A DNA stretch of 64,000 bases from Escherichia phage ETEC-TG. Shown piece by piece: positions 45,067 through 54,384 of the stretch. The stretch is taken from the sequence record OR786310.1; one strand, written 5' to 3'. Numbering within the stretch: the stretch's first letter is position 1; each line of letters begins with the position of its first letter. The notes under the pieces were generated by a model. That model ran no database searches and was not told where the DNA came from. It was given only the letters and a program-made list of their open reading frames with translations. The translations under genes were made by a program, and so were the position numbers.

Positions 45067-45626
45067 ACACCCTCACTACGCAACTGTTGAAAAGATTTAG
45101 CCATTGCATCTTTTGTTGATAAGATAGGTTTAAAATCTTCATCAAAAATCATATCAAAGCCCCAATCGATCCCTATATCAGGATCATCCCAACGTAAACT
45201 TTGTTCGCTAGAAGGGTCGTATGGAGTTGTGCATTTGTATTCAAAGATAGCATCCATACTCAAAACTATAAAACCATGTGCCAAACCAGGTGGAAGCCAA
45301 AATTGCGTATGGTGTCGTGCACGAAGAACAACACCGTCCCAAGCACCGTAAGTTGGACTATCTTTACGTAAATCTACAGCGAAATCCAATACTTCTCCAC
45401 TTACACAACGAACAAGCTTACCTTGCGGGTTGTTTGTTTGGAAGTGCATTCCTCGCAAAACACCGAAGTTTGATTTAGACATGTTATCTTGAACGAAAGT
45501 TTGTCTACCAATAATATCTTCGTATTTTTGTTCATTGTATGTTTCTAAAAAGAAACCACGATCATCTTTATAAACGTCTGGTTTGATAATTACCGCACCT
45601 TCAATTTTTGTTTTTTCTACTTTCAT
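45060..45626 (-). CDS. rmlC: dTDP-4-dehydrorhamnose 3,5-epimerase
   Basis: DDRGFFLETY and cupin-like layout, ~188 aa. Confidence 0.8.
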   Translation of the reverse strand: MKVEKTKIEGAVIIKPDVYKDDRGFFLETYNEQKYEDIIGRQTFVQDNMSKSNFGVLRGMHFQTNNPQGKLVRCVSGEVLDFAVDLRKDSPTYGAWDGVVLRARHHTQFWLPPGLAHGFIVLSMDAIFEYKCTTPYDPSSEQSLRWDDPDIGIDWGFDMIFDEDFKPILSTKDAMAKSFQQLRSEGVC

Positions 45627-45635
45627 TTTCTCTCC

Positions 45636-45962
45636 TTACCAGACATGTTGAGAAATAATAGTTTCCGTTTTAATGTTATATTTTTCAAGTAGCTCTGCAT
45701 AGGCTTCTTTTGCATTCTCATTTAATTGCTCAAGATCTACAGCTACGCTTCCTTCTCCGCCTTCTAAATAAATACCATATATGCAATAAGACTCATCAGC
45801 ATCGTAGAAAGGAGAGATGCGACTTAAGTCCAGACCTTCTTGTAAGAACCAGTTAAAATCTCCGTCAAATTCTTCTTCAATTCTAGGATCTTCTCCTACA
45901 GCCTCTTCCCACTTATTAAAAGGTGCACCCTGTAACATACGCCATTCGATATCAATACCCAT
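45636..45962 (-). CDS. hypothetical acidic protein (108 aa)
   Basis: ORF. Confidence 0.45.
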   Translation of the reverse strand: MGIDIEWRMLQGAPFNKWEEAVGEDPRIEEEFDGDFNWFLQEGLDLSRISPFYDADESYCIYGIYLEGGEGSVAVDLEQLNENAKEAYAELLEKYNIKTETIISQHVW

Positions 45963-46254
45963 TTTTCATCTCCTCCTCTTGAGCAGCTTTAATAATTGCT
46001 TCATAAATATCGTAAGCAATGCCTCCACAACATCTAGCTTCGAAAGCTATTGCTTCTGCAATGTGGTCTGTTAGTTCTCGTGGAATTCGGACATACTCTT
46101 TTTCACTCTCCATCTTCTACCTCCGACCCTGCTTTTTCAAATACTACTACTCGTCCTTCACCATGACAATTCAGGCAAGGAAATGTTACCATAATTTCCA
46201 CTTCCATCTGTCCAGTCCCACCACACACAGGACAAAAAATAAGTTTTTCAGCCA

Positions 46255-46464
46255 TTATTCCTCCTTAATTATTTCAAACTTGGCAACACCATTTACAATA
46301 ATATGACCACAAGACATAACTCCTAGCCAAGGATCGCCGTTTTTCTTCAGGCGTTTACCGAATACATCACAAAAACCATTCTTCATTTCGGAGGCTTCAT
46401 AAGAAGCCCCTTTGTCAAAAACGTCTTTGAATGTGTCGATTATACCAACACATCTCAAAATCAT
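46255..46464 (-). CDS. hypothetical protein (69 aa)
   Basis: ORF. Confidence 0.4.
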   Translation of the reverse strand: MILRCVGIIDTFKDVFDKGASYEASEMKNGFCDVFGKRLKKNGDPWLGVMSCGHIIVNGVAKFEIIKEE

Positions 46465-47549
46465 TAGAAGTCAAGCTCCTCATCATCAGAGAGATCTTTG
46501 TTAGCTGAATTCAATTTGTAATTAGTTAACTGAATCTCTTGGGCTGCTGACTGAATCAAATCAGGATTCAACCATTTTTCCATCCAAGCTAAAGGACTAT
46601 GTTTAGGTGCTTTAAACTTGGCTTTCATTTTCAATCGACGATAAATAGGAGCAGCATTGAAATAAACCCACTGTTTAGACAATTCGGCGTTAAGACCTAC
46701 AATAAAACGACCTTCACTAAACAGGTAGTCACACCACTGTTCCTCTTGTTCAACAACAGTGTCGAGGATCAAAGTCAACTCTTCAATATTGTCTTCGTAA
46801 ATTTTACGCCAAATTGGGTCATGCATCAATGCATCAATTACAGCATAATCCATCTTAACATGCAAGATTTCATCTAGCATAATTTTCTGGATCAGCTTAC
46901 AAGCCCCAACAAACAATTGTTGTTCTGCCATAGCAAAAGTAGCAGAGAAGGAAGATATAAACTGAATACCTTCTAATCCAATCAGGGCTACCATCCCTTT
47001 AAGAATCAGCAATCGAAGTTCATCGTTAGCTTCAATCAATCCTAGAGCATACTTATGACCAGCTTCTTCCAACTGACCCATGATATCAGCAATGATACCC
47101 ATACGATTGAAAATTTTATCATTAATCATAATCTGATTGATGACTTCAATTGGATCTGGAGTACATTGACGGATTATTTCAGAATACGTTAACGCATGGA
47201 GAACTTCCATTTCACTCTGCTTCATCATCATAGCACAGGCTTCATTGTTACTCAAGAATGGAGAGAACAAAGTGATGATTGATTTTGCAAGAGAATCATT
47301 TTCCCATTGGAACGATAAGTTTTTAATCATAACATCGTAGTTGTTTTTAGAACAAGCTACGAAATCTTTACGTGTCTGATCCAAGTTAACTTCGTTTTCA
47401 TCCCAATCTTGTGCTTTTTGAAGTTTGTAGAGTTTGTGCATTTCTGGATAAGTTACGTTAACAGAATCAAAGATCCCTAATTGCTCCCCCAAAAATACTG
47501 GATATTTTCCTGTTTTGTAAACTTCGTTGTGTAAATTAATTGCTGCCAT
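46464..47549 (-). CDS. nrdB: ribonucleotide reductase small subunit (class Ia)
   Basis: Di-iron ferritin-like fold; acidic C-terminal tail DLSDDEELDF. Confidence 0.85.
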   Translation of the reverse strand: MAAINLHNEVYKTGKYPVFLGEQLGIFDSVNVTYPEMHKLYKLQKAQDWDENEVNLDQTRKDFVACSKNNYDVMIKNLSFQWENDSLAKSIITLFSPFLSNNEACAMMMKQSEMEVLHALTYSEIIRQCTPDPIEVINQIMINDKIFNRMGIIADIMGQLEEAGHKYALGLIEANDELRLLILKGMVALIGLEGIQFISSFSATFAMAEQQLFVGACKLIQKIMLDEILHVKMDYAVIDALMHDPIWRKIYEDNIEELTLILDTVVEQEEQWCDYLFSEGRFIVGLNAELSKQWVYFNAAPIYRRLKMKAKFKAPKHSPLAWMEKWLNPDLIQSAAQEIQLTNYKLNSANKDLSDDEELDF

Positions 47550-47566
47550 TTAAAATTCTCCTCGAT

Positions 47567-47590
47567 AAAAAGGGGCCGAAGCCCCTTTAT
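47567..47590 (-). terminator. Intergenic GGGGC-UUCG-GCCCC hairpin + U-run (minus-strand transcript)
   Basis: Between the 47593 gene stop and nrdB SD. Confidence 0.5.
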
Positions 47591-47592
47591 AT

Positions 47593-48249
47593 TTAGCCTC
47601 GAAATACTGTTTTTGTTTCCGCCAGGTGCCAATAGAAATCCGCCTTGTTTACAAGAGTGTTGTACACCTCTGGATAAAAATGTTCTTCCTCTTTGTAACG
47701 ATCCGCTGTTTCCCTGATTGACTTAGCTTTATCCTTTAGCCAAGCGAAGTGTGCCTCTTCCTCTGTAGCGAAGTAGCCTAAATGCTTACCTTTACTTCCA
47801 GAAGCTTTTGCATAAATCTTACCATCTTTCCTAACATGTGCTCCTAGTAAGTATTTTCTTTCATACCTTTTAGCATAACTTAAGAGTGTATTTATGTAAG
47901 GAGGAACAAACCTACAATATTCAGGACAATAAACAGTATTTCCTTCAAGAACAAGATCTTTATCTAAAACAAAGCCTTCCACGCTATGTTCTTGATACCA
48001 GTTATCAAAGTTTGAAAAGGTGAACCAAGCATCACACACGGTAACATCTTTATAACCTGGTCTAATGTTTTCCATACGATATGCACGATTAAACATACCT
48101 TTCCAAGCTGCATAAGAAGGGTCTATGAATGTATTAACCCTTTTCCCATTGATAACACCACCTTCCCACAATCTACGTTCAACATCCACAATCAAGGGGA
48201 TTTCTCCCCTCTCTGTGAGAACGGTAACTTTACGTTTACCCTTCTTCAT
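47593..48249 (-). CDS. putative homing endonuclease with AP2-type DNA-binding domain (MobE-like position between nrdA and nrdB)
   Basis: LGYFATEEEAHFAW AP2-like motif; inserted between nrdA and nrdB as mobE is in T4. Confidence 0.5.
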   Translation of the reverse strand: MKKGKRKVTVLTERGEIPLIVDVERRLWEGGVINGKRVNTFIDPSYAAWKGMFNRAYRMENIRPGYKDVTVCDAWFTFSNFDNWYQEHSVEGFVLDKDLVLEGNTVYCPEYCRFVPPYINTLLSYAKRYERKYLLGAHVRKDGKIYAKASGSKGKHLGYFATEEEAHFAWLKDKAKSIRETADRYKEEEHFYPEVYNTLVNKADFYWHLAETKTVFRG

Positions 48250-48260
48250 CTGTTCTCCTA

Positions 48261-50504
48261 CTACATTTTACAGGCACTACACCCTTCGTCTTCAGAATCT
48301 TCTTGTGCTAAAGAGTCTGCTGATTTTGTTCTACTATTAAGGTAATACAACGACTTACCACCCAGTCTAGCAAAATTCAGAATAAACTGCATCTCAGCTT
48401 TCACTGATAAACGTCCACCTACCAATTTAGAATAATCTAGCCAAGAATCACAAGAAATTCCTTGGTCCGTAAACTTGGTAAAGATACCATACATTTCTGC
48501 AAGGTCTTTAGCCGGAGTGTCCCAGGCGGACTGGTAGAACATTTTCAGTTTTTCGTAGTCTGGAACAATAAATAATACACTACCTTTCTGACTTTGTTTA
48601 TACATAATAGTATCACGAACAGGATACAGAGAGTTAGTAGTATTGCTTACCAAACTGCTGGACTCATTAGGTGCGATAGCAGCCAAGACACTGTTACGGA
48701 TACCACCTTGTTCAATGATTTCAGCACGTAAGCCTTCCCAGTCCATTTTAAGATCAAAATTACCGATACTATCTACTGTTTTAGCATAAGTGTCAATTGG
48801 TAGCCAACCTTGAGGCCATTTGGTCTTATCAATCCATTCCGCATTACCTTTTTCCTTAGCCAGACGCAGAGAGGCTTTTGCCAACCAGAAGTAATGACGT
48901 TCTGCAAGTTCATGCATTAATTTTTTAGCATAAGCATCTGAATAATTTACAAAATTACTTGCCAAGTAATGCGCTAAGTTTGTAATGCCTACACCAATAG
49001 ATCTACGTGCTTTAGCAGTTATTTCGTTATGTTTAAATGGATAATCCATTGTTTCAATAACATTGTCAATTGTCAATACAGTGTAGTATGCAACATCCTC
49101 ATATTCTTCAGGTAAGACACGACCAGCAACAATAGAAGATAAGAAGCATAAAGCCAATTCTTGATCTTCTGTATTCTCCCCAGTAAAGAGATCCGGCATA
49201 CTGTGGAAAGCTTTAGTTGGTAAGAAGATCTCTTGACACAGGTTTGATTGATACACCGTATCCAGGAAAGGTGTATGGTTGTTAACGTTGTCAGCAAAGA
49301 ACATGTAAATACGTCCTGTTTCTGCACGTTGAACAATAATCTCTGTCAGAAGATCACGAGCCTTAACAAATTTTTTCTTAATGCGACGACGACTTACTTT
49401 GTCATAAACTGCATCAAACTCCTCTTCACTTTTATACAAAGCTTCATAAAGTTCAGGAGCATCATCACAACTAACTAACATCCAATCTTCGTTTTTTGCT
49501 GCTCGACGCAAGAACGAACGGTTAACAACAATAGAATAATCCAGTTTGTCTACTCGTTTATCTATAGGTGTTGTTGGATTTTTCAGTCGAATCAGATCGT
49601 CGAAGTCTGGTTCAAGTATGGTAAAGGTAACTGTAGCACTACCTCCACGGCTTGCTTGCTTCGAAGCTCCAACACTATCTTCCATCCATTTCAGATACGG
49701 AAGAAGACCACCATGAATAATACGATTATTCTTAACACCTTGACCTGTGGCACGAGTTTGAAGATTAACACCAATACCTGCGTTATTCAACGTATACTCA
49801 TGAGCTAAGTAATTAGCAATGGCTAAAGACTCTGCTGTGTCATCTGCACGGAATAAACAACAAGACGCACTTCCTTTGATTGGAGTTCGTAGAGTTGTCA
49901 GATATGGTGATGGCAGATTAATCTTAAGATCGCTAACATAAGTATACAGTTTTTTAATATCTTCTATACGGCGTTCTTTTGGTTGGATCTCCATAACCTT
50001 CATTGCGATACCAATGAAAAGAAACTGTGGAGACTCATGCACCACATCGTTTACTGCATCTCGGATAAGATATTTATCCACCATCTGACGTAAAACAGAA
50101 TAGCCATAAGTTAGATTTTTATTATGCTTTACAATCTTACCAATTTCTTTGATCTCTTCATCAGTATAATCCATTTTAGCCCAATGTCCACGTTCTACCA
50201 TATCATGATAAAAGGTATTCAGTGAAGGGATACTGTGGTATCCCCCATGAGCCTGTTTGTAAATCATACCCAGAAGAAGTCTTCCTGCCATATCACTGTA
50301 AGCTTGTGTTTTCTTGTCAATACACGCTGCAATCATTGCTTTATGCAGATCACGTGTAGACACACCGTCATAACACCGCTTCACAGCTTCTAATTCAATT
50401 TCAGACCAGTTTAGTTTACCTGCTGCAAATTCAGACCACTTGCGAAGTTTTTCTGGATTAAACTCCTCTGTCTTACCGTTAGATTTAGTTACAAAACGAA
50501 TCAA
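48261..50504 (-). CDS. nrdA: ribonucleotide reductase large subunit (class Ia)
   Basis: 747 aa; ATP-cone N-terminus and C-terminal cysteine pair (GCSACKM). Confidence 0.9.
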   Translation of the reverse strand: MIRFVTKSNGKTEEFNPEKLRKWSEFAAGKLNWSEIELEAVKRCYDGVSTRDLHKAMIAACIDKKTQAYSDMAGRLLLGMIYKQAHGGYHSIPSLNTFYHDMVERGHWAKMDYTDEEIKEIGKIVKHNKNLTYGYSVLRQMVDKYLIRDAVNDVVHESPQFLFIGIAMKVMEIQPKERRIEDIKKLYTYVSDLKINLPSPYLTTLRTPIKGSASCCLFRADDTAESLAIANYLAHEYTLNNAGIGVNLQTRATGQGVKNNRIIHGGLLPYLKWMEDSVGASKQASRGGSATVTFTILEPDFDDLIRLKNPTTPIDKRVDKLDYSIVVNRSFLRRAAKNEDWMLVSCDDAPELYEALYKSEEEFDAVYDKVSRRRIKKKFVKARDLLTEIIVQRAETGRIYMFFADNVNNHTPFLDTVYQSNLCQEIFLPTKAFHSMPDLFTGENTEDQELALCFLSSIVAGRVLPEEYEDVAYYTVLTIDNVIETMDYPFKHNEITAKARRSIGVGITNLAHYLASNFVNYSDAYAKKLMHELAERHYFWLAKASLRLAKEKGNAEWIDKTKWPQGWLPIDTYAKTVDSIGNFDLKMDWEGLRAEIIEQGGIRNSVLAAIAPNESSSLVSNTTNSLYPVRDTIMYKQSQKGSVLFIVPDYEKLKMFYQSAWDTPAKDLAEMYGIFTKFTDQGISCDSWLDYSKLVGGRLSVKAEMQFILNFARLGGKSLYYLNSRTKSADSLAQEDSEDEGCSACKM

Positions 50505-50520
50505 CTTCTCCTCCCTATTA

Positions 50521-50775
50521 TTAATGCATATTCAAAACATCTACATCATAACCGAACTTCATTTCATTAAAAAGTCCATTAGCATATAGAAAACCTTCAA
50601 AATGAGTTATGTCATCAAACCCTTTTGCTTTTGCTCGACGGTCTGCTTCTTGTCTTTTAGGAGATAAACGTTTTGAAGTGTCTAGAATTACAGTTACATT
50701 ACAACCAACAGTTTCATCAAAATAGACTTCGATTTCACAGCCTTCATATTTATTATCAGTCATTGTCCCTCTCAT
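50521..50775 (-). CDS. hypothetical protein (84 aa)
   Basis: ORF. Confidence 0.45.
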   Translation of the reverse strand: MRGTMTDNKYEGCEIEVYFDETVGCNVTVILDTSKRLSPKRQEADRRAKAKGFDDITHFEGFLYANGLFNEMKFGYDVDVLNMH

Positions 50776-51182
50776 TGATTAGTATCATCTGCTTTCGCAG
50801 GATCATAAGAGTTACCGAAATCATCCATCTTAATATGTGACGCACCCCAACCTGTAAATTCTTCATCACCAAAATGAAAAATATCATTTTCTTGATAGAT
50901 TCGTTTAAAACCACAATTAGGTGAAACAGGGAAAGTGAAAAGCGTTGTATTTGCAAACACTACTCGCTTATCGTTATTGCTTCGGATATTCACATTACGC
51001 TCAACAGAATAGTGTGAATCTTCAGCCATACCCAGCATTACAAGCGACGCTCTAATAACAGCATTTTGTTTCTCGTGTGGGATATTGCCATTGTGTTTAT
51101 TTGATTCTAGTTTCCAGATAGGGGTAGACATTACAGTAGACATGCTTACGGTAGCCCAAGTTGTAGTATTTACTAATGACAT
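50772..51182 (-). CDS. hypothetical protein (136 aa)
   Basis: ATG 51182 after SD GAAGGAGA. Confidence 0.5.
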   Translation of the reverse strand: MSLVNTTTWATVSMSTVMSTPIWKLESNKHNGNIPHEKQNAVIRASLVMLGMAEDSHYSVERNVNIRSNNDKRVVFANTTLFTFPVSPNCGFKRIYQENDIFHFGDEEFTGWGASHIKMDDFGNSYDPAKADDTNQ

Positions 51183-51280
51183 ATTTTCTCCTTCATTTTG
51201 AATGGGAGGACTCACCTCCTCCCAGTATTGTGCTATATTATACTAAAACTAATACTAAAGTCAATAATTATTTAAACAGA

Positions 51281-52279
51281 TCACCATTTAGTATGATTTG
51301 TTAAAAGTTGACGATGTTGAATCCAGCCTTTGAAATTGCCAGACCAAAACTTACCATTACGATCTACATGGGTAATACCTGGTTCCCAAGAGTTAAAATC
51401 CCAAGGAGCATTGATAAACAAATCTTCAAAACAGTTCTCCCCATATTGTTCGCATGTTTCTTGCATTGGGGTGGCTTGATGTTCAAACGGAGAAGCATGA
51501 ACCTTGCGCCCAGTCAGCAAACGACCATAGATATCTAAAGCTTTATCTTTAGTTGCATTCAAACGACGATAACTAACCTGTGCACAACACGAAGCTGAAA
51601 TAGCTTTGGCTTCTTCCAAAGTAAGCACAACAACTTCTCCAGATTCATCTTGAACATAGTATCCACCAAAAACAAAATGATCGTCACCTTCTGTGCCAAT
51701 ATTATCATAGAAATGGTTTACATAAGGTGTGTGCCATTGCCCTGGTTTCAGCACTTCTGGTGTAGATTCTTCATACTCTTTGTGCATCTCTTTAGCCAAA
51801 GCTTCGATAGTAGGATCGGCTTCTTTGTCATCACGTAGCCACCAGAAATTTTCATATTCTGTTGCTGTCAGAACTGTTTTAATTCGTTGGAAAGGTTCCA
51901 GAAGACGGTTTGCAACTTGTTTGTGGTACCCTGCCAAAGAGAATTCTTCTGCAAAACGTGCTGCACTAAGCGCGGCAAGATCCCACCACTCTTGAGCAGT
52001 ATAACCTGCATCAATAAGAGCATCATGGTCAACACCTTTGTCCTGCATACCAGGTTGGTTAGCCCCGAAACGATAAGGACGAGCAGGCTGATTTCGAACC
52101 ATTTCGATCAGTGTTTTAACAGGTATAGCACGGCTAGAAGCAGCATTACGACTGAACAGGCGGTGAGTCATCAGTTCTGAATGAATAATACGTGGATATT
52201 CAAGTTCGAAAGTTACAATCTCTTTTCCGTCTTCAGTGATGGAATGTGCAATAATACTAGCCGAAATCTGTTTTGTCAT
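51281..52279 (-). CDS. thyX: flavin-dependent thymidylate synthase
   Basis: ThyX signature HRLFSRNAASSRA (RHR-x7-S). Confidence 0.7.
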   Translation of the reverse strand: MTKQISASIIAHSITEDGKEIVTFELEYPRIIHSELMTHRLFSRNAASSRAIPVKTLIEMVRNQPARPYRFGANQPGMQDKGVDHDALIDAGYTAQEWWDLAALSAARFAEEFSLAGYHKQVANRLLEPFQRIKTVLTATEYENFWWLRDDKEADPTIEALAKEMHKEYEESTPEVLKPGQWHTPYVNHFYDNIGTEGDDHFVFGGYYVQDESGEVVVLTLEEAKAISASCCAQVSYRRLNATKDKALDIYGRLLTGRKVHASPFEHQATPMQETCEQYGENCFEDLFINAPWDFNSWEPGITHVDRNGKFWSGNFKGWIQHRQLLTNHTKW

Positions 52280-52288
52280 TTTTTCTCC

Positions 52289-52897
52289 TTAGTTTTTAAA
52301 ATTGTTCAAAGTGTTAAAAACATCCAAACATGTTAGCCACTGATCTTCTAAACCTGTGATCACAACATTTGGTTTTTTCTTTAGTTCTTCTAGATGGTTA
52401 TCTTTATAAGGCGTATTAAAATATATTTTAACCACTTCATCTGGAAAATATAGTAGGTTATCAGCCCTGTCATCTATGGCTATATCACAAGGCAATAAAT
52501 ATTTTTCTTTTGTAGCAAAAAAGCCGTTACCAGATCCTTTGCTAAAATCAATCGTGTCCAATGTTCTTAAAACATGTTTATGTTTAGAACTTAAGTGACC
52601 ACCTTTTGTCACACTTGCGATCAAAAGATTGCCACCTTTCCTTGAAACATACTTTAAGAAATCTGGCATACCTGGAACAAAACCCATTGTATCGTAGAGA
52701 TGAGGATTATCCAGAAATCCGTAAGGATCTATGTTGAACTCTTCCCTGAAACCAGGAAAATAGTTGGTAAGATCGTAATCTGCATTTTTTGTGAATGTGT
52801 CGATTTTAACACCAAGGCCACTAATCTTATTCAACCATTCTAACCAAGCAACATCTAACGGAGCCACAACTAAATCCCAATCACATACTATCTGCAT
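52289..52897 (-). CDS. HAD-superfamily phosphatase, 5'(3')-deoxyribonucleotidase-like
   Basis: N-terminal CDWD (DxD) and C-terminal AIDDR motifs. Confidence 0.5.
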   Translation of the reverse strand: MQIVCDWDLVVAPLDVAWLEWLNKISGLGVKIDTFTKNADYDLTNYFPGFREEFNIDPYGFLDNPHLYDTMGFVPGMPDFLKYVSRKGGNLLIASVTKGGHLSSKHKHVLRTLDTIDFSKGSGNGFFATKEKYLLPCDIAIDDRADNLLYFPDEVVKIYFNTPYKDNHLEELKKKPNVVITGLEDQWLTCLDVFNTLNNFKN

Positions 52898-52933
52898 AAA
52901 ACCTCCTCTCTCTTTTAGTATAGTTATCTTATA

Positions 52934-53509
52934 CTAACTTTCAATTTCCTGCAATAGGATTTTGACTATTTGTTTACGGCGTTTTGCTACTGTGCTTTCA
53001 GGTTCTATTTTACGCTTCTTCAGCCACGCTTTATCTTTCTTAGCTCTACACAAAGCTATCGCTTCTTTTTCAGCTTTTGCTTCTTCAAAAGATATGCCTT
53101 GCTTGTCTGCATAAGCAAGAATAGAGTTGCACAATTTACAAACCATTCGCAAATCTTCTTCTTTCACATAGATCAAACGGAAAACAAAAAGGGGAATATC
53201 CTCAAAACATTGAAGTTGTTTTGCTGCGTGAATATGATCCACTTGGAAGTCTTTCATTCCTCCTCTGTGTCCACATATTTCGCACTCACAATTCCAAACT
53301 TGTTTTGGTTTTCCAGTTTTCTTGTCTATCATCACATTGCCGTCTTTATCTACACGATCAACTTTAAAACGCCTTGCATTGATAACCTTAATTTTATTAG
53401 GGTGTCTCATCCATGCTTTTCTAAAACATCCCCTAAGATAAGTATAAAATTCAGCTTGTGTTTTCCAGGGTGTTCCTTCACCCCACATTATTTTTGGTTC
53501 ACCTGCCAA
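52934..53509 (-). CDS. HNH endonuclease (putative homing endonuclease)
   Basis: CECEICGH...VDHIHA...CKLCN zinc/HNH motif. Confidence 0.6.
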   Translation of the reverse strand: MAGEPKIMWGEGTPWKTQAEFYTYLRGCFRKAWMRHPNKIKVINARRFKVDRVDKDGNVMIDKKTGKPKQVWNCECEICGHRGGMKDFQVDHIHAAKQLQCFEDIPLFVFRLIYVKEEDLRMVCKLCNSILAYADKQGISFEEAKAEKEAIALCRAKKDKAWLKKRKIEPESTVAKRRKQIVKILLQEIES

Positions 53510-53676
53510 TATTGCTCACCTTTTTAGCTGTATATTCCCCTGGTGGGATATTGTGTTTAAAAAACAAAAGGCGGTCTAACCCCGCCTTGCACATTGTTTC
53601 TGGAATAGTCAAAGTTAGTAAAAGTTTATCACCTTTTCGATTGAATATTTTATAAACTTCTCCTGCTCCATATTGT

Positions 53677-54078
53677 TTAGTATTGCTCGCCACTAATACG
53701 TTCCTTAAGTTGTTTAATAGCTTCAACTGCATCTACATAAGAAGAGTTATACATGTGTTTCAGTGCCACTCGGATTAAAGGATCTTTTGTGAAGAAATCA
53801 ATAAGAAGCATAGCTTGATCATGTTTAGCTGCATTTGTCATAGATGGATAATTTTCACGAACCATATACGTGTTATTTTGCATAAGGGTTCTTTCTAGTT
53901 CAATACAATGAATAGCTTTATCTAGGTTAATCTGACGTTCACCTTTAATACGTGTTGCGTATTTTGCCAATTTGCAAAAACAAGGTGTGCCACCAACCAA
54001 ATAAGCTAGTTCAATAGGTTGCATTGCCATTTTTGTGTAGTGATCACCGTCAACCTGATTATCAAAAGCATTAGACAT
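53677..54078 (-). CDS. hypothetical protein (133 aa)
   Basis: ORF. Confidence 0.5.
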   Translation of the reverse strand: MSNAFDNQVDGDHYTKMAMQPIELAYLVGGTPCFCKLAKYATRIKGERQINLDKAIHCIELERTLMQNNTYMVRENYPSMTNAAKHDQAMLLIDFFTKDPLIRVALKHMYNSSYVDAVEAIKQLKERISGEQY

Positions 54079-54343
54079 AATTTTCCTCCTGAATTCCTAC
54101 TGCGCCTTCTTCTGGGTAATCTGTATAATAAGCTACCCTACCTTGATAGATAACATCACCATCATCATTGTAGATTGCTGTATCTTCTTGAATTGTTATT
54201 TCAACGTCAAGTAAATCTGGGTCTTTCTCGATGGTATAGTTTAAACCTAACATTTCAAACAGTTCGAAAATTTCGTTACCTGTTAATGTAATGCTCATAT
54301 TTCCTCCTTTTATTGTGGTTAGCAGAGTATACACTAATATCAA
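54071..54343 (-). CDS. hypothetical acidic protein (90 aa)
   Basis: ORF. Confidence 0.45.
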   Translation of the reverse strand: MILVYTLLTTIKGGNMSITLTGNEIFELFEMLGLNYTIEKDPDLLDVEITIQEDTAIYNDDGDVIYQGRVAYYTDYPEEGAVGIQEENYV

Positions 54344-54355
54344 ATTTTTGTCAAT

Positions 54356-54381
54356 AAAAAAGGGAGCAATAAGCTCCCTGA
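54356..54381 (-). terminator. Rho-independent terminator (GGGAGC...GCTCCC + U-run) on minus-strand transcript
   Basis: Hairpin followed by TTTTT in the minus sense. Confidence 0.55.
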
Positions 54382-54384
54382 TTA

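Noticed and set aside
46464..50504. Group I intron or intein in nrdA or nrdB
   Set aside because: Both reading frames are continuous and of normal length (747 and 361 aa). The gene between them is a freestanding endonuclease-like ORF, not an intron ORF.
52970..53527. Plus-strand ORFs inside the minus-strand block (for example 52970-53527 at 185 aa, 56774-57043, 51729-51995, 57508-57795)
   Set aside because: They are antisense to genes with recognisable domains (HNH endonuclease, ThyX and others) and their low-complexity composition is typical of shadow ORFs.
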